This document shows, piece by piece, positions 9,742 to 17,450 of a DNA stretch of 32,507 bases (position 1 is its first letter; each line of letters opens with the position of its first letter). A model generated the notes under the pieces. That model was not told the DNA's origin. It ran no database searches and saw only the letters and a program-made list of their open reading frames with translations. The stretch spans positions 12,178 through 44,684 of the forward strand of contig CAZARP010000003.1 in the NCBI GenBank assembly GCA_964487575.1, written 5' to 3'. The position numbers and the translations under genes were made by a program. The stretch comes from an uncultured Christensenella sp. Its GTDB lineage: Bacteria; Bacillota; Clostridia; Christensenellales; Borkfalkiaceae.

Positions 9742-10727
9742 ATATAGATTTTATAGAAGTTTTATTGACGGTTTTGTCGCTTGTGCTTCTTGCCGTCCCC
9801 GGGTTTATACTGGCAAAGTGTAAGATGATACCCGAAAAAGGCGCGGAAGCGCTATCCAACGTCGTTTTGTACGCTTGTCAACCGATGATGGTGTTTATGG
9901 GTTTCCAAGGTAAACAGTACAATCCCGACGTTGCGCTTAATATGCTGTACGTTGCCGGGGCTTCTTTTGCCGTGCACTTTATTATGATTGCCGTCGTAAG
10001 TTGCTTTAAAGAGGGCGACAACGAGGCGAAAATGCGTTGCGTGCGTTACGGAAGCGTTTTCGGAAATTGCGGATTTATGGGCATACCATTCCTTAAAATG
10101 TTGTTTACCGGCGAAACGCAGGGCGAAATTTTAATTTATACCGCAGTCGTTTTGTCCGTTTGGAACATTTTGAACTGGACTTTCGGTGTGTATATGATGA
10201 CAAAGGACAAAAAGACGGTTTCCGTTAAAAAAATTCTGCTCAACCCCGTAATCATAGCGGTGGTGTTAGGTTTTTTGTCGTTCGTTATCATAAAACAACC
10301 GATAGCGGACGTTGCCAACGGCACGGCTTGGGACTCGGTTTTAGAAAAAACGATGTCTGTTTTCAATATGATAGGCGACGCGGTTACGCCTATGTCTATG
10401 ACGGTTGTCGGCATTAAGCTGGCGAACGTTAACCTTAAACAACTGTTTTTGGATAAGCTTGCCTATCTGCAAAGCGGTCTTAAATTGATATTGATGTCTT
10501 TCGTAAGCGTGTTGGTAGTGGCGTTTTTACCGATAGACGTTACGGTAAAATACGCGGTGTTCTTCACTATGTCGATGCCGGCAGCCACCAGCGTGGCGCT
10601 TTTCGCGGTGAAGTTTAACGCCGACGCCGATTTCGGTTCGGTATGCGTGTTGCTGTCGACGATATTGTCTATTGTAACGATACCGTTGATGTTTTTGGTA
10701 CTGAAAGCGTTCGGCGTCGTCGCGTGA
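9738..10727 (+). CDS. AEC-family (auxin efflux carrier / malate permease-like) transporter
   Basis: The ATG at 9738 overlaps the exonuclease stop (ATGA). The product is about 329 aa and polytopic. Its N-terminus (LLAVPGFILAKCKMIPEKGAEALSNVVLYACQPMMVF) is typical of AEC permeases. The 60 Arg-rich codons upstream in the track ORF are an overlap artefact. Confidence 0.75.
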   Translation: MNIDFIEVLLTVLSLVLLAVPGFILAKCKMIPEKGAEALSNVVLYACQPMMVFMGFQGKQYNPDVALNMLYVAGASFAVHFIMIAVVSCFKEGDNEAKMRCVRYGSVFGNCGFMGIPFLKMLFTGETQGEILIYTAVVLSVWNILNWTFGVYMMTKDKKTVSVKKILLNPVIIAVVLGFLSFVIIKQPIADVANGTAWDSVLEKTMSVFNMIGDAVTPMSMTVVGIKLANVNLKQLFLDKLAYLQSGLKLILMSFVSVLVVAFLPIDVTVKYAVFFTMSMPAATSVALFAVKFNADADFGSVCVLLSTILSIVTIPLMFLVLKAFGVVA

Positions 10728-10815
10728 ACGGCTTGTCATATATACAAGAGTGCATACGTACATAGGTGCAAACGGGCGCGAAATAACGAATATTTAAAAA
10801 ACGGCGTTAAAACGC

Positions 10816-10844
10816 TTGTAAGATTTTTTGCGATTTGATATAAT
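10816..10844 (+). promoter_or_regulatory. sigma-A-type promoter for tRNA-Gln
   Basis: TTGTAA (10816-10821), a 17 nt spacer, then TATAAT (10839-10844) with an extended -10 TG at 10836-10837. It lies about 20 nt upstream of the tRNA 5' end. Confidence 0.5.
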
Positions 10845-10863
10845 ACACTATGTTAATCGCGAT

Positions 10864-10939
10864 AGGGGTATCGCCAAGCGGTAAGGCAACGGACTCTGAC
10901 TCCGTCACTTCGTTGGTTCAAATCCAGCTACCCCTGCCA
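10864..10939 (+). tRNA. tRNA-Gln (anticodon CUG)
   Basis: Cloverleaf read by eye. Acceptor stem AGGGGTA/TACCCCT plus G-CCA. D arm GCC-AAGCGGTAA-GGC. Anticodon stem ACGGA/TCCGT with loop CTCTGAC (anticodon CTG). T arm GTTGG-TTCAAAT-CCAGC. It closely resembles bacterial tRNA-Gln as I recall it. Confidence 0.85.
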
Positions 10940-10940
10940 A

Positions 10941-10975
10941 AACCTCTCGGTAATTTTTGCCGAGAGGTTTTTCGT
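10941..10975 (+). terminator. rho-independent terminator after tRNA-Gln
   Basis: AACCTCTCGG / CCGAGAGGTT forms a 10 bp stem with a 9 nt loop, followed by TTTCGTTT. Confidence 0.6.
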
Positions 10976-11004
10976 TTAAGCTGCAAATAAAAAGAAAAAA
11001 CCTA

Positions 11005-11033
11005 TTGCAAAAAATTCGAAGCGGTGATATACT
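11005..11033 (+). promoter_or_regulatory. candidate promoter of the DUF4832-like / isomerase pair
   Basis: TTGCAA (11005-11010), a 17 nt spacer, then TATACT (11028-11033) with TG at 11025-11026. This placement argues against the GTG start at 11043. Confidence 0.45.
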
Positions 11034-11075
11034 TAATTCAAAGTGCGCGTTAATGGCGTTAAACAGAGGTGTAAG

Positions 11076-12395
11076 ATGTTAGTTAAAAGTAATACTTTTG
11101 CGTCTTTTGAAAGGACGGACGAACTTTTAAGCAATCCTTTTATAGGTTTCGTGGAATTTAATCACTTCGGGAACGGAAAACTTTTTTCGGACGAAGCGTT
11201 GGGTACGGATAAAGAAAGTTATCCAATAGCGGAGAACGTTTTGCAAATCGACAGGTCGCAAAGTTATCATCCCGACTCCACCGTCGTATACATAAGGATA
11301 CTTTGGAAGAATTTCGAAACTGCAAAAGACGTGTACGACTACGCTTTTATAGAAAGTATTCTGGCGGAAGCGAAAAAGCACGGGCAAAGCGTAATGCTCC
11401 GTCTTATGCCGCACACCACCAAACGCAACGAGGACATTCCCGAATATCTTAAAGAAGAAATAGAATATCCGGCTCGCCCCGATACCGAGAGGGTGAAAGA
11501 GTCGCCGACCGACCCGAAGTTTATAGACAGGTTTTGCAAGGCGGTGTACGCGCTGGGCGAAAAATTCGACGGCAGAGAAGAACTTTATGCGGTAGATATA
11601 TCTTTAACGGGTGCTTGGGGCGAGGGGCATATGTATGAAACTTATCCCGAGCAAGACGCCAAAAAACTTATGGATACTTATCTCGCGGCGTTTACGAGCA
11701 CGCCCTTGCTGGGACAGATATGCTCGCCCGAACTTAACGTATACGCGAATTCGGTTCACCCGATAGGGTACCGCGCGGACGGCTTCGGCAACGGCTTCCA
11801 TATGCTTAATTACTTCCCCGAACCTATTTATCTTATGCGAGATTTTTGGAGGAAATCGCCTATATCTTTCGAGGCGTATTGGTATATTTCCGAATGGGAC
11901 AGACAGGGCTGGGATATAGATTATATGATAGAACAGTCGCTCAAATGGCACATCAGCACGTTTAACAACAAGTCGTCGACCGTTCCCCTTAAATGGAAAG
12001 GCAAGGTGGAGGCTTGGCTTAAAAAAATGGGTTACCGCTTTGCTCTGCGTAACGTTCGTTATCCGTCGGAGGCGGCGGAGGGCGACACTTTGCAGATGTC
12101 TATGTGGATAGAAAACGCCGGCGTGGCGCCTATTTATAAACGCATACCGCTTAAAATCATGTTTAAAAATTCGGAACGTGCGGCGACGGTCGAAACGGAC
12201 GCGGACATAAGGGAATGGATGCCGGGCGACAGTATAGAACGTTTGTCGGTTAAACTTCCGAGCGAAGTAACCGAGGGCGAATACGATATTTTAGTCGGAA
12301 TAAGCGACGGTAAGGGGCTTGACGTAAAGTTTGCCACGGCGGCGGAAAAAGACGGGGTTTTCTTAAAGGTCGGTCAAATAAATATTAAGGCATAA
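11076..12395 (+). CDS. cytoplasmic TIM-barrel glycoside-hydrolase-like protein (DUF4874/DUF4832-like)
   Basis: The ATG at 11076 follows GAGGTG. There is no signal peptide. An N-terminal NPFIGF motif, a LTGAWGEGH segment and an overall length of about 440 aa match my recollection of DUF4874+DUF4832 proteins. The family assignment is from memory and was not searched. Confidence 0.5.
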   Translation: MLVKSNTFASFERTDELLSNPFIGFVEFNHFGNGKLFSDEALGTDKESYPIAENVLQIDRSQSYHPDSTVVYIRILWKNFETAKDVYDYAFIESILAEAKKHGQSVMLRLMPHTTKRNEDIPEYLKEEIEYPARPDTERVKESPTDPKFIDRFCKAVYALGEKFDGREELYAVDISLTGAWGEGHMYETYPEQDAKKLMDTYLAAFTSTPLLGQICSPELNVYANSVHPIGYRADGFGNGFHMLNYFPEPIYLMRDFWRKSPISFEAYWYISEWDRQGWDIDYMIEQSLKWHISTFNNKSSTVPLKWKGKVEAWLKKMGYRFALRNVRYPSEAAEGDTLQMSMWIENAGVAPIYKRIPLKIMFKNSERAATVETDADIREWMPGDSIERLSVKLPSEVTEGEYDILVGISDGKGLDVKFATAAEKDGVFLKVGQINIKA

Positions 12396-12410
12396 AGGAG
12401 GAGAAATATT

Positions 12411-13268
12411 ATGTTTAAACCGAAGTTGTCTACGAGCGTGTCGTTTGTTGTCGGCAAAGGGCTTGTCGACGGGGAATATCTTTATGATATCGACGAAAAG
12501 TTGTGCGAGCGTTTGAAAGAATTAAAGAAGTTGGGCTTCGACGCCGTTGAACTCGACGTGTGCGGAATGAATTACGCGTGGGCGGCGGAAAAAACGCTTA
12601 AATATTCGCTTGAAGCGGCACGCGAAGCAGATATTACGGTAAACAGCGTGCATTATCCGTTCGGCAATACGTGGGTGGATTTAGCCTCCCCGTGGGAAGC
12701 GGACAGAAAAGAAATAGTCAAGTGGTTCGGCAAGGTTTTCAAAATAACCGACGAATACGGCGTGCGAGCGCACGTGTTGCACCCGGGCGGCATAGACGTT
12801 ACCAAACCCGAACTTTACGACGTGTATAAAGACCGCTTCCACGACAGCGTGCGCGGACTTACAGAACTCACCGACGCGTACGTGTGTATAGAAGATATGG
12901 TCGGCGGCGAACTTTTCAATACCGTCGACAAGATGGAAGCGATGCTAAAAGCGGTACCGAAAGCGTGCATAGTGCTTGACGTCAATCACCTGTTGCACGA
13001 CACCCCGTACGACGCTGTTAAAAGGCTGGGAAACAGAATAAAAACGTTGCATATATCCGATTACGACTTCGTGTACGAACGGCACCTTATGCCGGGCGAG
13101 GGCAAGATAGATTGGAACCGCTTAATAGAAGAACTCGAAAACGTCGGTTACGACGGCAGGTTCAATTACGAGCTGAATATGGCGCAACACGGCTATACAT
13201 ACGAGCAGATAAAAGAGAATTACGAAAATCTTTTTGCCGATTATAGACAGTATAAGGCGACAAAATGA
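12411..13268 (+). CDS. sugar phosphate isomerase/epimerase (xylose-isomerase-like TIM barrel)
   Basis: Strong RBS (AGGAGG). The pattern is typical of the AP-endonuclease-2/xylose-isomerase-like TIM-barrel fold (VLHPG, CIEDM, VLDVNH, LHISDYD...ERHLMPGEGKIDWNRLIEELENVGYDGRFNYEL). Confidence 0.75.
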   Translation: MFKPKLSTSVSFVVGKGLVDGEYLYDIDEKLCERLKELKKLGFDAVELDVCGMNYAWAAEKTLKYSLEAAREADITVNSVHYPFGNTWVDLASPWEADRKEIVKWFGKVFKITDEYGVRAHVLHPGGIDVTKPELYDVYKDRFHDSVRGLTELTDAYVCIEDMVGGELFNTVDKMEAMLKAVPKACIVLDVNHLLHDTPYDAVKRLGNRIKTLHISDYDFVYERHLMPGEGKIDWNRLIEELENVGYDGRFNYELNMAQHGYTYEQIKENYENLFADYRQYKATK

Positions 13269-13327
13269 ACACTTTTATCGTAAAATCATAAACAATAATA
13301 AAACTAAAATATAAAAATCGCAAACAG

Positions 13328-13364
13328 ACACATCGTTTTTTGATAATAAAAACGATGTGTTTTA
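13328..13364 (+). terminator. rho-independent terminator after the isomerase gene
   Basis: ACACATCGTTTTT (13328-13340) pairs with AAAAACGATGTGT (13348-13360) around the loop TGATAAT. TTTT follows. Confidence 0.6.
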
Positions 13365-13590
13365 CTACCGAAAAAGGCGATTTGTGCATTAGTACGAAAA
13401 AGGACATAATAATTCAGAAAAAAAACCTTTACATCTCGCGGTAAAAGTGATAAAATAAATAAAAAAGAAAAATAAAAACACACGCGTGTTTTTGCAACGT
13501 ACGCGTTTTGCGTTGGATTGCAAAATAAAATCGTGAGGTTTTTACTGGTAAAATCGGCGGCAAACTCACCCGTGCCGAGTGAAAAAATTC

Positions 13591-13603
13591 GGGGGGGGGG
13601 GGG
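13591..13603. repeat. G13 homopolymer in the intergenic leader
   Basis: Direct count gives 13 consecutive G at 13591-13603 (ATTC-G13-TGCGG). It sits inside an otherwise AT-rich spacer. Confidence 0.9.
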
Positions 13604-13877
13604 TGCGGCTAAAAGAAATGACTTCGTTTAAGCCGTTTTTGCTGTTTTACGATATTACGTATCGGGAAATAAAGACGAAAAGGTTCTTCGTCGAATAAAA
13701 TTCAGACGATATAGGTGCTTTGAAAAATTAAAAAAGCCATATCGTCGTTTGTGCTTAAAAAAATTTGTTCTACTAACGTATAACAAACGCCACCGCAGCT
13801 TAGCGCTGCGGTGGCGGAGATAAAGATAGTAATATATAAGTTGCTATCGGTTTAAAACATTTTCGGGGGTGCTTTTT

Positions 13878-14798
13878 ATGGAAGACACCATAAAAGTTCA
13901 AAAAAAGCAAACCAAAAACACGTCTAAAAGGGACAGTATAATCTTCCTTTGCGTTCTTTTGGTCGTGCCTATCGTGCAGTGGTTGATTTTTTGGTTGTAC
14001 GTCAACATCCAATCGATCGCGCTGGCTTTCCAAGACCCGCGTACCGGCGTATTTACGCTTCAAAACTTTGCGACGTTTTGGGAAAACCTGACCAACCCTA
14101 TCGGTAACAACATAGGTATGGCGGTCAAGAACACTTTCTTGTTCTTCGGCTTGCACTTGTTCGTTACTATGCCGCTGTCGCTGGTCATCGCCTTTTTTAT
14201 GTATAAAAGGATATTCGGGTACAAGTTCTTCCGCGTTATGTTCTATATGCCGGCAATCGTTTCCGGCGTTGCGCTTACCGCGGCGTTTAAGCAGATAATA
14301 GACCCGACGGGACCTTTGGGTGCAATTATGCCGCGCGAGGGTATGCTTAATCATATGGAACTTGCCAACGTTGCGGTGATGATTTACTGTATATGGACGG
14401 GCTTCACGACCGACGTGCTGCTTTTCGGCGGCGGTATGGCGCGTATCCCGGTGGACGTGCTGGAAAGCGCCAAGTTGGAAGGCTGCGGCCCGTGGAACGA
14501 AATCACGCACATCGTGTTGCCGATGATATGGCCCACGGTGGCGACGCAGATAGTCTTTATATTCACGGGTATGTTCAATGCCGGCGGTCCCATATTGTTG
14601 TTGACAAACGGCGAATACAATACCACGACAGTCGCATTCTGGATATTCAAACAAGTGTACGGCGGTATCGGTTCGCTCGGCGGCACGGGTGTGTACAACC
14701 ACGCGTCTTGCGCAGGCTTGTGCTTTACGTTGGTAAGCATGCCGGTGATAATGTTCGTTAAGTGGGTGACCGGTAAGGTCGACTCGGTGGAATATTGA
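13878..14798 (+). CDS. carbohydrate ABC transporter permease (MalF/LplB-like)
   Basis: The ATG at 13878 follows a GGGGG SD sequence. The protein has multiple TM segments. The EAA loop is ESAKLEGCGPWNEITHIVLPMIWP. Confidence 0.85.
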   Translation: MEDTIKVQKKQTKNTSKRDSIIFLCVLLVVPIVQWLIFWLYVNIQSIALAFQDPRTGVFTLQNFATFWENLTNPIGNNIGMAVKNTFLFFGLHLFVTMPLSLVIAFFMYKRIFGYKFFRVMFYMPAIVSGVALTAAFKQIIDPTGPLGAIMPREGMLNHMELANVAVMIYCIWTGFTTDVLLFGGGMARIPVDVLESAKLEGCGPWNEITHIVLPMIWPTVATQIVFIFTGMFNAGGPILLLTNGEYNTTTVAFWIFKQVYGGIGSLGGTGVYNHASCAGLCFTLVSMPVIMFVKWVTGKVDSVEY

Positions 14799-14816
14799 CA
14801 AAGGGGGTTAAAGTTT

Positions 14817-15737
14817 ATGAAGTTATTCAAAAGACATAAGGCAAAAGACGAAGCCAGTATACTTACCTCCAGAACCACGGCGGAAAAGATTGTTTACGCT
14901 TTCGTTTTCGTTATCTTTTTGGCATACGCCGCAACGATAATATATCCGTTGCTGTATTTGGTGTCGAATTCTTTGTTGGACGGCTTGGATTACACTGACG
15001 GCTTGCGTGCTTTTTTCATACCGAAAAATCCGCAGTTTTCAAATTACGGCATCGCGCTGAGTTCGATGGCTATGCCGGACAGCAAGGGGCACGACATCGG
15101 TTTGCCGATGATGTTCTTTAACAGTATTTGGTACTGCGCGGTTATAATAGGCGGCGGAATTTTGATGAGCAGTTTCACCGGATACGCGCTCGCTAAATAT
15201 AATTTCAAATTGAAACCCATAATATATACCGTAGCGATATTCTCTATGACCATACCCATCGTAGGTACGACGGGCGCTATGTTTAAGTTGGTCAGCGACT
15301 TAGGGCTTTACAATACGCCGTTTTATGCGATTTGCACTTCGCTCGGCGGTTTCGGGTTTAACTTCCTCGTTATGTACGGGTTTTTCAGCAGTATCAGTTG
15401 GAGTTACGCGGAAGCTGTGTTTATAGACGGCGGCGGACACTTTACCGTGTTTTTTAAGATAATGTTGCCGCAAGCCAAAATGGCAATGCTTACCCTTGCG
15501 ATAGTGTCGTTTATAGGCACGTGGAACGATTATATGAACGTTCTTTTGTACTTACCCGACTATCCGACCGTCGCATCCGGTTTATATGCTTTGGAATATT
15601 CGCCCTTCGTTCGTAGCGGCAATATGCCGGCGTACTACGCGGGGCTTGTTATAGCCACCATACCGGTTATTATAATATTCGCTTGCTTCCAAGACACCAT
15701 AATGAAGAATTTCTCCGTCGGCGGTCTTAAAGGCTAA
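14817..15737 (+). CDS. carbohydrate ABC transporter permease (MalG/LplC-like)
   Basis: Six TM-like segments. The EAA loop is EAVFIDGGGHFTVFFKIMLPQAKMAM. The RBS AGGGGG lies upstream. Confidence 0.85.
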   Translation: MKLFKRHKAKDEASILTSRTTAEKIVYAFVFVIFLAYAATIIYPLLYLVSNSLLDGLDYTDGLRAFFIPKNPQFSNYGIALSSMAMPDSKGHDIGLPMMFFNSIWYCAVIIGGGILMSSFTGYALAKYNFKLKPIIYTVAIFSMTIPIVGTTGAMFKLVSDLGLYNTPFYAICTSLGGFGFNFLVMYGFFSSISWSYAEAVFIDGGGHFTVFFKIMLPQAKMAMLTLAIVSFIGTWNDYMNVLLYLPDYPTVASGLYALEYSPFVRSGNMPAYYAGLVIATIPVIIIFACFQDTIMKNFSVGGLKG

Positions 15738-15789
15738 ACCGAGGATAAATATAAAAAAAAGAAAAAAATCATATCATAGGAGAAGATGT

Positions 15790-17433
15790 ATGAAAAAGAG
15801 TAAAAGACTTTTAAGCTTACTGTGCTGCGCTTCCGTAGCGTTGTCGGTAACCGCAAGCGCCGTAGGTTGCGGCAGTCAAAGTGCCGGCGGCGCGAACGTT
15901 TTGCAAGTTTATTGTATGGACGCCGGTTACGGCTACGCGTGGTGCGAAGATTTATTGGACTTGTTCCAAAAACAAGACTGGGTTAAAGAAAAATATCCCG
16001 CGTTAAAGGTAGAGTTCACGCAAAACGCCGTTCAAACGTATGCGCAAACGAGGCTTGACTCTCCGGCGAACAATCAATTCGACATATTGTTCTCTACCGG
16101 ACTTAGCAGTAACGTCGGTCCCGAAAGCAACTCGCTCGATATAACCGAAAGCGTTTACAATTCCACCGTCCCCGGCGAGAACGTCAAGTTTATAGACAAA
16201 ATGTATCCGTCGTTCGTGACCTCTAACAAGTATACCTCTAAGAGCGACGTCAACGACGTGCACTACTATTACAGCAGCTGGGCAAGCGGTATGGACAGCT
16301 TCGTGTACAATCAGGCGATACTCGACAAGTACGGCTTAGAGTGCCCCAGAACCACCGACGAACTCGAAGCCGCGGCGGCAGCCATCAAAGCGGACCCGAG
16401 CAAAAGCGGCAACGCTGACGGCTATTCGTTCTATTCCGGCACTAAAGGTTATTGGGGATACCTCTTCGATACGTGGTGGGCGCAATACGACGGAATAGAA
16501 AACTATTGCTACTTCTGGGAAGGCAAATATAACGAAGACGGCGACGTAGGTTATTCGTCGAAGATTTTCGATTTGGAAGGCAGATTAGAGGCTTTAAGAA
16601 TATACGAGCAGTTGCTCGATTACGATAAGGGGTATCTTAACCTTAACGTAGACGATAAAGCGTTTATGTCCAATCAGGCGACCATGCTCAGCGGCAAATA
16701 CGCGTTTATGCCCAACGGAGACTGGTTCGACAGCGAAATGGCGGAGCAGAAGAAGGGGAGACTGGACAGTGGTAAGGACGTTGCGGACCTCCGCATTATG
16801 CCTATGCCGATAGTCAGCGCCATAATAAAAACCCCCGAGTGTGCGACGATAGCGGACGACGCCGAACTTTCCGCTTTGATTAAAGCGATCGACAACAGCG
16901 ACGCAAACGAAGACGCTCCGTTAAAGGGTGAAGGCTACGACGTAAGTCAAGAGGCTTGGGACAAGGTTAAAGAAGCAAGGACTATCGTTCAATCGATAGG
17001 ACCGGGACACTCGGCGCTTATCCCCAAATATTCGGACGCAAAAGGAGTTGCAATCGACTTCTTAAGGTTTATGGCTACCGACGTCGCTTGCGAACAATAC
17101 ATTAAGTCCACCGGCGGCGCAAACCTCCCCTTCTACTACAACGTAAAGGAAAAGGCTCCGGACACTTATAACAGTCTTACGACCTTCCATAAAGAAAGAA
17201 TGGACTACTACAACAGCAAGGCGTACGAAGTCTATACCTTGCCCAACACCTATAACTATCCGTTAGTTGTTTATTCGGGACTTAGGGCGATACAGGGCGA
17301 TTACAGCTATTATGCGATTTTCTCGTCCGAAAACAATATGAAAACCCCTGAAGAGATGTTCGAACAAACTAAAAGTTTATGGCAGAGCGGCTCTAAATTC
17401 AGGCTTGCGTTAGAAGGCGCGGGGCTGGCTTAA
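15790..17433 (+). CDS. large extracellular solute-binding lipoprotein of the ABC transporter
   Basis: The signal peptide ends in SAVGC-GS, a lipoprotein-type Cys. At 547 aa it fits the large LplA/YtcQ-like class of sugar binding proteins. It lies immediately after the two permeases. Confidence 0.8.
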   Translation: MKKSKRLLSLLCCASVALSVTASAVGCGSQSAGGANVLQVYCMDAGYGYAWCEDLLDLFQKQDWVKEKYPALKVEFTQNAVQTYAQTRLDSPANNQFDILFSTGLSSNVGPESNSLDITESVYNSTVPGENVKFIDKMYPSFVTSNKYTSKSDVNDVHYYYSSWASGMDSFVYNQAILDKYGLECPRTTDELEAAAAAIKADPSKSGNADGYSFYSGTKGYWGYLFDTWWAQYDGIENYCYFWEGKYNEDGDVGYSSKIFDLEGRLEALRIYEQLLDYDKGYLNLNVDDKAFMSNQATMLSGKYAFMPNGDWFDSEMAEQKKGRLDSGKDVADLRIMPMPIVSAIIKTPECATIADDAELSALIKAIDNSDANEDAPLKGEGYDVSQEAWDKVKEARTIVQSIGPGHSALIPKYSDAKGVAIDFLRFMATDVACEQYIKSTGGANLPFYYNVKEKAPDTYNSLTTFHKERMDYYNSKAYEVYTLPNTYNYPLVVYSGLRAIQGDYSYYAIFSSENNMKTPEEMFEQTKSLWQSGSKFRLALEGAGLA

Positions 17434-17450
17434 AAAAAAGGTTAAACATT

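Noticed and set aside
192-11075. Upstream-extended starts given in the ORF track (192, 7143, 8989, 9558, 11043; likewise 13869, 20147, 25146 and 28119 further right)
   Set aside because: The extensions overlap upstream genes or terminators, are Arg-rich, or use TTG/GTG. In most cases an internal ATG with a proper SD sequence gives the canonical N-terminus or signal peptide. At 9139 the SD is weak, and the ATG was chosen to retain Exo I.
13800-14801. A 333 aa minus-strand ORF antisense to the first ABC permease
   Set aside because: It is Arg/His-rich with no membrane or enzyme motifs. The + strand frame encodes a clear permease with an EAA loop and TM segments.
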